From assembly GCA_030700065.1 (NCBI GenBank), contig JAUYKH010000015.1, forward strand, positions 1 through 42,654: DNA of 42,654 bases. The letters run 5' to 3'. Origin of the DNA: a bacterium. Lineage in GTDB: Bacteria > Patescibacteriota > Doudnabacteria > UBA920 > 2-01-FULL-46-14. The notes beneath the pieces were generated by a model. That model did no database searches and was not told the DNA's origin. It saw only the letters and a program-made list of their open reading frames with translations. A program made the position numbers and the translations under genes. Within the stretch, counting starts at the first letter, position 1, and every line of letters begins with the position of its first letter. This document shows positions 1 through 9,292 of the stretch, in pieces.

Positions 1-470
1 CTGGTGCTTTGATAATGCCGCGCCAGCCGCGCCATGTTGCGGGGGTTTTCCGCCGCGATGATTGGCCAATCACATGATTCAAGCTTGGGAAAGGCCGATG
101 TCTCAAGCATTGCGCCGGGATAAAATCCGGCAATCTGATTATCTTGCTGGTCTGTCATGATATATCCAGTTGCCGTCCCCAAACGCTGGGATACTCGAAG
201 ATGCCTCACCCCGATACCCATAGACTGATACGTATTGCGCAAATTTCTCCCGTCCGATCCCACCCAGCCGATAATTTCCGCATCAAGCCCCAGCATCGCC
301 AAATTATAAACAATGTTTCCGGCGGTCCCGCCGACAGAGCGCTTCACTTTATTAACCAAAAAACTCAAACTCAATACGTGGGCCTTTCGCGGATTCATAT
401 GGTCCGAAAATCGGTCGGGATAGTCGAGAATAATATCAAAAGCAATGCTTCCGGAAACCCAGATAGTCAT
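1..470 (-). CDS. PfkB-family carbohydrate/nucleoside kinase (runs off the window start)
   Basis: Not in the ORF track. Manual translation from ATG at 470: MTIWVSGSIAFDIILDYPDRFSDHMNPRKAHVLSLSFLVNKVKRSVGGTAGNIVYNLAMLG..., with the PfkB N-terminal GSIAFD and GG.A.N motifs. ATGA overlap with the HIT stop. Confidence 0.85.
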   Translation of the reverse strand, partial: MTIWVSGSIAFDIILDYPDRFSDHMNPRKAHVLSLSFLVNKVKRSVGGTAGNIVYNLAMLGLDAEIIGWVGSDGRNLRNTYQSMGIGVRHLRVSQRLGTATGYIMTDQQDNQIAGFYPGAMLETSAFPKLESCDWPIIAAENPRNMARLARHYQST

Positions 471-880
471 TTGATCGCATCCTTGATCTTTTTCGCTGTC
501 GCGCCCATTTCGCCATCGGCGTAGCGGGAGCGACTAGGCCAGGATTTTAGATTGTCATTTTCGTGACGCGGAATGATATGAATGTGCACATGGTCCACCA
601 GTTGTCCGGAGGCGCGGCCATTGTTGATGCCGATATTAAAGCCGTCGGCCTTCATGGCCCCGACCACGGCCGGAGCAACTTTCTTCGCAATCTTAATCAT
701 GCCGGCCAGAACTTCTTCGGGGACATCCAAAACATTTTCATAATGATCGCGCGGAATTACCAGAGTATGCCCGGGGTTTATCGGATTAATATCCAAAAAA
801 GCGATGTATTGGTCGTCCTCGTAAACCCGCTGGGACGGAGTCTCCCATTTTACAATTTTGCAGAATACACAATCACTCAT
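467..880 (-). CDS. HIT-family nucleotide hydrolase
   Basis: MSDCVFCKIV start (CxxC), GHTLVIP and HVHIHIIPR histidine triad. Start moved to ATG 880. Confidence 0.95.
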   Translation of the reverse strand: MSDCVFCKIVKWETPSQRVYEDDQYIAFLDINPINPGHTLVIPRDHYENVLDVPEEVLAGMIKIAKKVAPAVVGAMKADGFNIGINNGRASGQLVDHVHIHIIPRHENDNLKSWPSRSRYADGEMGATAKKIKDAIK

Positions 881-1352
881 ATTCCGCCCAATCAAAATTA
901 ATCTTCGGGTCATCATATGGTATGACTTTTTCATCCGGCTGTTTCGGATTATACACTTCCGTGGTGTGATAAAAAAGAAGGACTGGCTCGTCTGACAAAA
1001 CTTTATACCCATGCGCCACTCCGGTCGGGATCATCACCAATTTATAATCATCCCTTCCCGCATACAGGGTGTCGGTTCGCCTGAAAGTGGACGAATCGTG
1101 ACGCAAATCGTGCAAAACGATAACTACCTTGCCGGTAGCCACAAACCATAAATCATTCTGCCTTTCGTGAAAGTGAAAACCCTTAATCATGCCTTTATGA
1201 GCCACGCTCATAGTGGACTGGCCAAATTTTGTGAATATCTCATCGTCCTCGCGCAGAATTTCCATCAAATAGCCAGGCGGAACTCCCGGCTGATCCACGT
1301 CAGGAATATCCTGATGAACGGTCAAATTTTTTATCTTAACCCCGTCAATCAT
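873..1352 (-). CDS. dTDP-4-dehydrorhamnose 3,5-epimerase-like cupin (RmlC family)
   Basis: MIDGVKIK start, KGFHFH, IPTGVAHGY and C-terminal YDDPKINFDW motifs. Confidence 0.85.
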   Translation of the reverse strand: MIDGVKIKNLTVHQDIPDVDQPGVPPGYLMEILREDDEIFTKFGQSTMSVAHKGMIKGFHFHERQNDLWFVATGKVVIVLHDLRHDSSTFRRTDTLYAGRDDYKLVMIPTGVAHGYKVLSDEPVLLFYHTTEVYNPKQPDEKVIPYDDPKINFDWAEYE

Positions 1353-1503
1353 CCCAGTAACAACAACTTGACTTGCCAAAATTTAGCAAGCAGAGTCAAC
1401 CTTAAAATTAATACTTGGACCGTTGGAATCATACCACGCCTTAAATTTGTTAACGAAATTTTGCCAGAAGCTTGCTCATGTCAAGTTTTGTTACTGGGTC
1501 ATA

Positions 1504-2580
1504 TCACAAGCTCAATTCCACTTCTCTTTCCTGACCGCCTCTAATAATAGACAAATTCACTTTGGTCCCCGGCTTTTTCCCCAGGATCACGCTTTGGAAA
1601 TCATCATCCAGATCAAGTACTGTCCCATCGACCGCATAGACGAAATCCCCTTCCCGCAGCCCGGCCGACGCGGATTTGATCAATATTCCGTATTCCTTCG
1701 GAAATTTTAGAAGATTTGTCTGCTCTCGCCCCAAAATCTGATAAACCAATTCGATATTCGGCCAGCTGATTTTTTTGTCATCGAGAAAATTATCAAGCGC
1801 CGATTTCAAATCCTCGGAGCGGAGCACTGTGGTATCTTCTCCGATTTTTGTTACCAATCCAACCAATACCCCATCCTTGTTCACCAAAACCGCGCCCAAT
1901 CCTTCGGAAAACCCCCGGTCCAGGGATAGAAATGCATTAGGCTCGCTTTCGTCATAAATCGTTTCAAAACTCGGCAAAGCGAGGGCTCGGCTGGTCGCGC
2001 TGACCTGGATTGCCGAAACATTGGCCGGTCCTTCATTTGTCCAAACCGCCAAAAGTTTCTCTCCCACGTTTACGTCTCGGCTGAAGCCTTGCCTTATCAC
2101 CGACAAACCCCCGGCATCGACCTGAATGAACGCGACCCCGGTGAATTGGTCTAGCGCCAATACCGATGCCCGGTAAGGCTTGCCGTCCGACAAAATGGCG
2201 GTAACCAAAAATCCGGGTCGGATGCCTGTCGCGGGAACTATTATCAAGCCGTCGCTTGCGGCCACGACGCCCGTCGCAACCTGCGACAGGCTGAATCTCG
2301 GAGTGCCGAATTCTCCCTGATGGATAAAAATAGACGCGAGCGAACCCTTGGTCTGGTTCACGACATCAGTGTTGTTTATGCCTTCATTAATTCGTACTTC
2401 TTCCCTTCTTGTGATGACAATCGGGGCCTGCGGCTCAAAAAAAGGAATGTTCCTCAAAATCGAAATGGCTGAAAGATAAGGGAATACGATCCGATTCAAA
2501 AGCGCGTTCCCCAATCCCCCCAGAAGCATTACCAGAAGAATGGCGAGAAAAATTTTTCTATAATTTACAGGGGTTTCCAT
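1504..2580 (-). CDS. Membrane-anchored HtrA/DegP-like trypsin+PDZ protein, catalytic motifs degenerate
   Basis: N-terminal TM segment, trypsin-like motifs (TGVVAASDGLI, LVNKDGVLVGL) and C-terminal PDZ-like AGLREGD...KPGTKVNLSIIRGG. Confidence 0.75.
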   Translation of the reverse strand: METPVNYRKIFLAILLVMLLGGLGNALLNRIVFPYLSAISILRNIPFFEPQAPIVITRREEVRINEGINNTDVVNQTKGSLASIFIHQGEFGTPRFSLSQVATGVVAASDGLIIVPATGIRPGFLVTAILSDGKPYRASVLALDQFTGVAFIQVDAGGLSVIRQGFSRDVNVGEKLLAVWTNEGPANVSAIQVSATSRALALPSFETIYDESEPNAFLSLDRGFSEGLGAVLVNKDGVLVGLVTKIGEDTTVLRSEDLKSALDNFLDDKKISWPNIELVYQILGREQTNLLKFPKEYGILIKSASAGLREGDFVYAVDGTVLDLDDDFQSVILGKKPGTKVNLSIIRGGQEREVELSL

Positions 2581-3317
2581 GGACTAGAGATGAAGCTTAT
2601 TAATAAAAAAAGCAAAATCAGCCCTGTCTGAAAATATACTTTTTTGGCGGTCAGGCGGCCCGCGAAATACATCCCGCTCAATACATAAATAAGATAAAAA
2701 GCGGAAAAATTGACTACCGCGGCGGTCAAGAAATAAACGGGCATAAACAGAATCGCCCAGGCCGTTTCCACCATAATCAAACTTGCGATCAATGACAGGA
2801 GTATACAATCCAGTCCCGCTCGGCCCATCTTGTAGAACGCCTGAAAGAACATCGGAAAAAACACAATTAAGGTCAGGCTGCTTAGGAGCCACCACGCCGG
2901 AGTAAAAAAGAAATTAACAGACCAGACGGTAAGGAGCGCCATAAAACCCGCCGCCAGTGACACCGTTTCTTCCACAAGCAACGGCGGAACGGTCGGAAAA
3001 TAAATCTGATAAACGTAAAATAAAAAAACCGCGCCCAAGGCCAGGAACAACCTCATTCCCAAAGATGAAAGGGAGGCAACTGTCCCGAAAAAACCCACGA
3101 GGTAGATGGTTGGTAAAATAAGGGGCAGATAATCGGTCTCCGTCCGCGCTGTTTTTCTAATCAGTACGAGGTTGACGAATATAAAAAGAAACGTGACGCC
3201 GGCCCCCGCCCAAATAAATTGATTGAGGTTTTCGTACAAAGGGAGGCTAGCAACAAAAACAATCGCCGCCAAAATTATCCTAATTGATTTGCGCAATTTG
3301 CTTTGATTTTTGGGCAT
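2565..3317 (-). CDS. Polytopic membrane protein, unknown function
   Basis: 250 aa with about 8-9 hydrophobic segments; overlaps both neighbours in an operon. Confidence 0.8.
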   Translation of the reverse strand: MPKNQSKLRKSIRIILAAIVFVASLPLYENLNQFIWAGAGVTFLFIFVNLVLIRKTARTETDYLPLILPTIYLVGFFGTVASLSSLGMRLFLALGAVFLFYVYQIYFPTVPPLLVEETVSLAAGFMALLTVWSVNFFFTPAWWLLSSLTLIVFFPMFFQAFYKMGRAGLDCILLSLIASLIMVETAWAILFMPVYFLTAAVVNFSAFYLIYVLSGMYFAGRLTAKKVYFQTGLILLFLLISFISSPWKPL

Positions 3318-4164
3318 GATATGAAATAAACAAAATTATGGCGCCGGCGAGCATCATTACCAGGGAGGTAATCTGATCAACACGGAAGGAATTGATAAAG
3401 AAGCTGTCCAGGCGCAGTGATTCGATAAAATACCGGCCGATAGGGTACAAAATAAGATATGTGCCGGCCAGCCTTCCTGCTGACATTGAAATTCCAGTTC
3501 GAACCAGATAAACCAACAAGAAAAAAATGAAGAGGTTCAAGACTGATTCATAAAGAAACGCTGGATGAAACGATTGAGCAAAGAGATATTCAAAAGGACG
3601 AAACTGCGGCTCAATGTATATACCCCAAGGAAGAGTCGTCGGAGCGCCAAATGCCTCCTGGTTGAAAAAATTTCCCCACCGACCGATGCTTTGCGCCAGC
3701 GGCAAACCCAAGGCAAAGACGTCGAGAAAGGGAAGTACCGGCATACGCGAGCGGATGGCATACATAATAATACCTGCCGCTGCGCCGATTATCCCGCCGT
3801 AAATAGACAATCCCCCTTTCCAGACGATTAGAATATCAAGCGGATCATTCTGAAACTCTGCCCAAGAAAAAATCACGTAATAAAGCCTGGCGCCAATAAA
3901 CCCCAAAACCGCGATCCATAGAAGCGCGCCTTCGATATGTTTTTTCTCGATACCAAATCTCGGGGCGTAACGGGAAGCGACAAAAAAACCGACGAGGACG
4001 GCCGCCGCCATCAGCAGACCGTAAAAACGGATGTAGACAGGGCCCGCTTGGAATCCGGGAAGAAGGTCGATTTCGCCGCCAAAAGCGGGAATAACGTAAA
4101 AGACGATAAAGACCGGCAAAAAGATAACCAATGCGGCGATTATCACGATCCGAACGGGATTCAT
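3280..4164 (-). CDS. lgt: Prolipoprotein diacylglyceryl transferase
   Basis: GARLYYV, WKGGLSIYGG, GRWGNFFNQEAFG, HPAFLYES and RYFIESLR motifs. True start MNPVRIV at 4164; the upstream part of the track ORF is antisense to aspS. Confidence 0.95.
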   Translation of the reverse strand: MNPVRIVIIAALVIFLPVFIVFYVIPAFGGEIDLLPGFQAGPVYIRFYGLLMAAAVLVGFFVASRYAPRFGIEKKHIEGALLWIAVLGFIGARLYYVIFSWAEFQNDPLDILIVWKGGLSIYGGIIGAAAGIIMYAIRSRMPVLPFLDVFALGLPLAQSIGRWGNFFNQEAFGAPTTLPWGIYIEPQFRPFEYLFAQSFHPAFLYESVLNLFIFFLLVYLVRTGISMSAGRLAGTYLILYPIGRYFIESLRLDSFFINSFRVDQITSLVMMLAGAIILFISYHAQKSKQIAQIN

Positions 4165-4224
4165 GGCATAAGCATAGCATAATTTTTCTTGGCCAAAAAG
4201 CTGATTTTTGGTATGATTTAAAAC

Positions 4225-5568
4225 ATGGAACGAACATGCGCGATTGATACCGCGAACAAAATTGGACAGGAAGTGACAATCAGCGGGTGGGTCGACGGCA
4301 GGCGCGACCACGGCAAGCTCATCTTTTTGGATATTCGGGATATGACCGGGATTGTCCAGGCGGTCGTGAATCCAAGGGTGTCGGCCGGAGCGCACAAAGC
4401 CGCGGAAGAACTGCGAAACGAGTTTGTTGTCGAGGCCAAGGGCAGAGTCAATCGGCGGCCGGAAAATTTGATCAATCCCAAAATGGCGACAGGAACTGTT
4501 GAAATCGAAATCACTGATCTTGAAATTCTGGCCCGCGCGGAGCCGTTGCCGTTTGAACTGGATACCAATCTGAATATCGACACTTACCTTGATAATCAGC
4601 CACTCACGCTCCGCTCGCGCAAAAACCAGGCGATTTTTCGCCTGCAAGCGGCCATTGCGCAAAGCTTCCGCGATTATTTGAAAGGTATGAAGTTTACCGA
4701 ATTCCAGGCGCCAAAAATTGTCGCGCAGGCGGCCGAAGGGGGCGCGGAAGTTTTTCGGATAAAATATTTTGATCATAATGCCTATCTGGCCCAGAGCCCT
4801 CAACTTTACAAACAAATAATGGTCGGGGTGTTTGAAAGAGTTTTTACCGTTACCAGTGTTTATCGCGCCGAACCCCACTCAACCACAAGACATCTAAACG
4901 AGTATGTTAGCCTCGACATGGAAATGGGCTTTATCAAGGACCACACTGATGTGATGAAAGTGCTGAACGGCTGGATGGCTTATCTCATTGAGCAGCTGCA
5001 AAAAAATAATGCGGCGGATGTGAAACTTCTGGAGATCAAGCTTCCGGCAGTGCCAAAAGAGATTCCTTCTCTCAAACTCAAAGACGCTCAAGAAATTCTG
5101 GAAAAGGAATGTGGGGCGAAAAACGCGATCGGTCAGAGCGACCTTGATCCTGAACACGAAAGGCTGATTTGCAAATACGCTCAAGAAAAACTCAATTCGG
5201 AATTTATTTTTATCACCCACTACCCGACCAAAAAACGGCCGTTCTATACATACCCTGATGAACAGGACCCCGAAACTACCAAAAGTTTTGATTTGCTGTT
5301 CAGAGGCGTCGAAATAACGACCGGCGGGCAGAGAATCAATGATTATAATCAATTGCTGGCCAATATCGACAAATGGGGCTACAAACGCGAAAATTTCTCT
5401 TTCTACCTTGAAGCTTTTAAATACGGCATGCCGCCCGAAGGCGGATGCGCAACGGGCCTCGAACGGCTCACCCAAAAATTGGTGGGCGTGGACAACGTCA
5501 AGCTGGCAACCCTGTTCCCGCGGGATATGAACAGGATAGATTTATCTTTGGGAAAATTAAAATTATGA
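4225..5568 (+). CDS. aspS: Aspartate--tRNA(Asp/Asn) ligase, non-discriminating archaeal-type
   Basis: OB-fold GWV..RRDHGKLIFLDIRD, AEGGAEVF, YLAQSPQLYKQ, YRAE.H.T.RHLNEY, GGQRI, GMPP.GG...GLER and FPRD; no GAD insertion. Confidence 0.93.
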   Translation: MERTCAIDTANKIGQEVTISGWVDGRRDHGKLIFLDIRDMTGIVQAVVNPRVSAGAHKAAEELRNEFVVEAKGRVNRRPENLINPKMATGTVEIEITDLEILARAEPLPFELDTNLNIDTYLDNQPLTLRSRKNQAIFRLQAAIAQSFRDYLKGMKFTEFQAPKIVAQAAEGGAEVFRIKYFDHNAYLAQSPQLYKQIMVGVFERVFTVTSVYRAEPHSTTRHLNEYVSLDMEMGFIKDHTDVMKVLNGWMAYLIEQLQKNNAADVKLLEIKLPAVPKEIPSLKLKDAQEILEKECGAKNAIGQSDLDPEHERLICKYAQEKLNSEFIFITHYPTKKRPFYTYPDEQDPETTKSFDLLFRGVEITTGGQRINDYNQLLANIDKWGYKRENFSFYLEAFKYGMPPEGGCATGLERLTQKLVGVDNVKLATLFPRDMNRIDLSLGKLKL

Positions 5569-5578
5569 CATTATTAAT

Positions 5579-5661
5579 GTCATCCCCGACCTAGGTCTTG
5601 GGGATCCATCCAGGCTTGGATTCCCGCCTACGCCTGCCTACCGCAGGCAGGCGGGAATGAC
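5579..5661. repeat. Composite palindromic REP-like element (ATTCCCGC..GCGGGAAT with nested CCTGCC..GGCAGG)
   Basis: GGATTCCCGCCTACG-CCTGCCTACCGCAGGCAGG-CGGGAATGAC; a second copy lies at 11417-11462. Confidence 0.75.
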
Positions 5662-5673
5662 AAAGGAGAACAT

Positions 5674-6129
5674 ATGGATACAAAATTAAAAAAGTTCTTG
5701 GACAGCAACAAAATCAAATACAAAGTAGTCGAGCATAAAAAAGTGTACACTGCGCTAAATGAAGCAGAAACACAACATTTGAATGAAAAGACGGTGGCAA
5801 AGACAGTGCTGATTAAAGCGGACAAGGGCTATGCCCTGGTGATTGTCCCTGCGGCGAAGCATGTTGATTTCAGCAAAGTAAAAAAAACGCTCAAGGCCAA
5901 GAAAGTCAGCATGGCCAAGGAATCGGACATGGCCAAGGTTTTGAAAACTAAAATCGGCTTAGTGCATCCCTTTGGCAATTTGTATAAGCTAGCCGCTCTG
6001 ATTGATAATTCTCTCTTGAAACAGAAAACATTGATCGCAAGTGCCGGAAGCTACACGGAATCCATTGAAATCAAACCAAAAGATTACGAAAAGCTGGTAC
6101 AGTCAACAAAAGGCAGTTTCAGCAAATAA
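5674..6129 (+). CDS. YbaK/EbsC aminoacyl-tRNA editing protein
   Basis: H..VYTA, VAKTVLIK (catalytic Lys), G.VHPFGNLY and AGSYTESI motifs. Confidence 0.9.
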   Translation: MDTKLKKFLDSNKIKYKVVEHKKVYTALNEAETQHLNEKTVAKTVLIKADKGYALVIVPAAKHVDFSKVKKTLKAKKVSMAKESDMAKVLKTKIGLVHPFGNLYKLAALIDNSLLKQKTLIASAGSYTESIEIKPKDYEKLVQSTKGSFSK

Positions 6130-6828
6130 ATGAAGGTCAAGGTCCATCAATTCGAAGGCCCATTGGATCTGCTTTTGCGACTAATCGAAGAGGAAAAACT
6201 GGATATTACCGAGATCTCGCTTGCTTCGGTTACGGAACAATTCCTGCAGTATATGCGTTCTCAAACCAATATCGCGCCCGGGGAACTCGCGGACTGGCTT
6301 GTGATTGCCGCGAAACTTCTGGTTATCAAATCACGAATATTAGTGCCGTCTCTTAAGCTTGACGAAGGGGAGGAACAGGACGCCGTTGGTCTGGCGTGGC
6401 AGCTGTATCAATACAAAAAATATAAAGAGACGGCAAAATATCTTCACTCGCTGGATGCGAAGAGAAGGCAAGGTTGGTCGCGACATCTGACGTTTGTAGA
6501 AAAGATAACCTTTTTCCCGGATCCCAATGCTTCACCAAGCGTTTTGCGGGACGCCATGCGCAGCTTAGCCAAGACTTTGGAGGAAATAATCAGGCTGCCG
6601 GAGAAGGTGCTCGAGGAGGTCGTGACCATCTCGGAAAAAATTGACGCCCTGCAAAAATTGATTTATGAAAAGGTTGAGCTCAAACTCCGCGACCTTCTCA
6701 AATCCGCCAAATCCAAAACTGAAGTGATAGTAACTTTTCTCGCGCTTCTTGAACTCGTCAAACAAAAAATCCTGTCTGTGGAACAAGAAACAATCTTTTC
6801 AGAAATATTTATAAAGAAAAAAACTTGA
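6130..6828 (+). CDS. scpA: Segregation/condensation protein A
   Basis: FEGPLDLLL.LI...KLDI, LV.AA.LL.IKSR and IVTFLALLELVK motifs. Confidence 0.96.
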   Translation: MKVKVHQFEGPLDLLLRLIEEEKLDITEISLASVTEQFLQYMRSQTNIAPGELADWLVIAAKLLVIKSRILVPSLKLDEGEEQDAVGLAWQLYQYKKYKETAKYLHSLDAKRRQGWSRHLTFVEKITFFPDPNASPSVLRDAMRSLAKTLEEIIRLPEKVLEEVVTISEKIDALQKLIYEKVELKLRDLLKSAKSKTEVIVTFLALLELVKQKILSVEQETIFSEIFIKKKT

Positions 6829-6831
6829 ATA

Positions 6832-7389
6832 ATGACTGATTTAAAAAGCATGATTGAATCAATTCTCCTCGTCGCCGGCCGGCCGGTGTCTTTGAAAGAA
6901 TTGGAAAAGATTACTAGCCAATCAAAGAGCGAAATTCTGCAGTCGATTGAAGAATTAAAATCAGAACACGAAAATTCGGGAATCGTCTTGCTTGAACAAA
7001 ATCAAAGCTATCTCCTCTCCACCAATCCGGCCAATTCTTCGCAAGTGAAAGATTTCCTTAATGCCGAACTTCGGGAAAAACTCACTGACGCGGCGATTGA
7101 AACCCTCGCCATTATTGCCTATAAACAGCCGGCATCGCGCGCCGAGATAGAAGCGATCAGGGGGGTCAATTCGCAATACACGATAAGACTCCTGATGATG
7201 CGGGGGCTCGTTGAAAAAACAACCGGAAGCGATGCGAGGATCAACCTTTACCGAACTACTCATGAATTCATGCAGCACCTGGGAATCAAAGATATGAAAG
7301 AACTGCCCGATTTTGAAACACTGACGGCAAGCGTAAAACCGCCTCAAGGATTTGCGGATGTAACAAAACCAGAACCCGCCACGTCTTAA
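6832..7389 (+). CDS. scpB: SMC-Scp complex subunit B
   Basis: ETLAIIAYKQP.SRAEIEAIRGVNS and LY.TT..F...LG motifs. Confidence 0.96.
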   Translation: MTDLKSMIESILLVAGRPVSLKELEKITSQSKSEILQSIEELKSEHENSGIVLLEQNQSYLLSTNPANSSQVKDFLNAELREKLTDAAIETLAIIAYKQPASRAEIEAIRGVNSQYTIRLLMMRGLVEKTTGSDARINLYRTTHEFMQHLGIKDMKELPDFETLTASVKPPQGFADVTKPEPATS

Positions 7390-7418
7390 TATACGCAGCA
7401 GAGATCGTAAAGATCACA

Positions 7419-7451
7419 AACAGCCCCGACTTAAAAATCGGGGTTGTTGTT
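7419..7451. terminator. Hairpin terminator between convergent scpB and ROK genes
   Basis: AACAGCCCCGA-cttaaaaa-TCGGGGTTGTT followed by T-rich sequence. Confidence 0.65.
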
Positions 7452-7454
7452 ATT

Positions 7455-8297
7455 TCATAGCAATGTTGTTGCGCCCAAAGCGCCCGCGTGCTTTAACTTT
7501 GATACTCTCACTGGCGGCAAAAAACGCAATGATGAAAGAGTATGTTTCTTCATTTCCGCCAAGGCGGAGGGTAAAAACAATTTATAGCCACGAGATATTC
7601 CCCCGCCTAAAATGATAAGTTCCGGATCGAAGATATTTACGACATTGGCCATAGCTACACCCAAATAGCGTCCCATCGCCGCGTAAATAGCCTTGGCTTT
7701 TTTATTGCCTGCCTCGGCCGCGCGTTGAATATCGAGAGCGCCGCCCAGTTTGAATTTTTCAAAAAAATGACTGCTGGCCAAACTCTCTACCGTTCCCACG
7801 CTCGCAGGGTAAGCTATAGTCATGTGTCCTAACTCTCCGGCGGATGCGCGGGTTCCATGCAAAAGTTTATTCTCGATCATTATCGCTCCACCAACCCCGG
7901 TGCCGAGAGTAAACGCAACTACATTCTTCTTGCCTCGCGCCGCCCCAAACGCATGCTCCCCGCGCAAAAAACAATTCGCGTCGTTTTCCAACGCGGCGTG
8001 CACCCGGAACTTTTCTCTGATAATTTTTACGAGTTCCATTCCATGCAAAAATTTGATGTTCGGACTGCTCAAAATTATGCCCTCCTTTCGGTCAATCCAG
8101 CCGGCACAGGATAATCCAATGCCGTGAAACTTCTCTCCGTGCGAAACTTTTTCGACGAGACGAAACAAGCCTTTTGCAAATGCCTGTTTGTTTCTCGGGG
8201 TTCTCACCTCCTCGCTTCGCAATACTCTGTTGGCGCGCGCCAAAACTGCCTCAATTTTTGTGCCCCCAATATCCAGCCCGATATAAGCCTTTCTCAT
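7455..8297 (-). CDS. ROK-family sugar kinase (glucokinase-like)
   Basis: IGLDIGGTK, ENDAN, TLGTGVGG and AGELGHM motifs. Start MRKAYIG at 8297. Confidence 0.92.
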   Translation of the reverse strand: MRKAYIGLDIGGTKIEAVLARANRVLRSEEVRTPRNKQAFAKGLFRLVEKVSHGEKFHGIGLSCAGWIDRKEGIILSSPNIKFLHGMELVKIIREKFRVHAALENDANCFLRGEHAFGAARGKKNVVAFTLGTGVGGAIMIENKLLHGTRASAGELGHMTIAYPASVGTVESLASSHFFEKFKLGGALDIQRAAEAGNKKAKAIYAAMGRYLGVAMANVVNIFDPELIILGGGISRGYKLFLPSALAEMKKHTLSSLRFLPPVRVSKLKHAGALGATTLL

Positions 8298-9292
8298 TGT
8301 TCGCTCATTAATTTTTTTGCCGCCTCCCACATTTCCGGGTGCCCATGCTCCCTTGCCCAATACCACCATTCTACTCCCCAAAAGTAATTTTCTTCAAATC
8401 CAACGCTTTTCGCATACTCAACATTCGCGGCAAAAATTTCAGGATTCATGAGCTCCGTCTGCCGCTCCCAAGGCGTTTCGTGAACGTCGCTTTCAAACCA
8501 CGGCTCGGCCTGCAGTTCCACTCCCCAGACTTTGTCGATCCCGGAAAGCGTCTCAACCATACCCGCCTTGATCCGGTAGACAAACGCAGGAATCGGATAC
8601 TTGATGTATTTTTGTTTGGCGTCATGATACACCTCGCGATACATGGTTGAGCCGAAGATATCTCCCCCAGCCCACGTCGCCGGCAACCACGCGCCTTTCT
8701 CGCCGCTATCGGTAACCAGAATGGGCCGGCTATCCAGTGTTTTGACTACTGATAGTTCTTTTCGAAATACTCCCCATTTTACCACGCCGCAATCGAATCC
8801 GTAGGGAAACAGGGTCTCATTTTCAATCTGCCACGCGGAAATAGAATCATATTCTCTGAAATGTTCAACCGACGCGGAAAGCATCGCCAGAAGCGCTTCG
8901 TCCTTTTCTTCGTCTGACAGACTGTTATACCAGTCAGGATGGTGGCACTCCGGCCACCGCGGCTGTTTGTGTCCCAAAACAAGAACGGTTTTTGCACCCC
9001 TCTTCCCGGCTTCGGCCAAGAGAAAATCAATATCGTCGAATTCGTACTTTCCGCGTTCCGGTTCCAGTATTTCCCAGTAAGCCATTACCCGCAATCGCTC
9101 GGGTTTTAAATCATCGAGAACGTCAAGATACATTTTCTTCCAGTCGAATCCCATGTAGCTGGCCTGCGGAATCGAAAAATTCACGCCCCAAACAATGTTA
9201 TCGGCAGGCTCAAAGCGGAAATAGAAAAAACCCGCGAGCGCGGCCGCGATAATCAGTGTCCATTTTATGAATTTGTAAATGCGCCGAAACAT
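8294..9292 (-). CDS. Membrane-anchored clan GH-A glycoside hydrolase
   Basis: N-terminal TM, YW..LEP..G.Y.F, acid/base AWQIENE, probable nucleophile in ELQAEPW, FWGVEWWY. Confidence 0.75.
   Translation of the reverse strand: MFRRIYKFIKWTLIIAAALAGFFYFRFEPADNIVWGVNFSIPQASYMGFDWKKMYLDVLDDLKPERLRVMAYWEILEPERGKYEFDDIDFLLAEAGKRGAKTVLVLGHKQPRWPECHHPDWYNSLSDEEKDEALLAMLSASVEHFREYDSISAWQIENETLFPYGFDCGVVKWGVFRKELSVVKTLDSRPILVTDSGEKGAWLPATWAGGDIFGSTMYREVYHDAKQKYIKYPIPAFVYRIKAGMVETLSGIDKVWGVELQAEPWFESDVHETPWERQTELMNPEIFAANVEYAKSVGFEENYFWGVEWWYWAREHGHPEMWEAAKKLMSEQ

Noticed and set aside
4165-4878. N-terminal 237 aa of the 532-aa lgt ORF as a fusion domain
   Set aside because: It is the antisense shadow of aspS. 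lgt begins at 4164 behind its own -10.
4225-5568. Asparagine--tRNA ligase call
   Set aside because: QSPQLYKQ, the H in RAE.H.T.RH and GGQR match non-discriminating AspRS rather than AsnRS (SGQL, GGSQRE).
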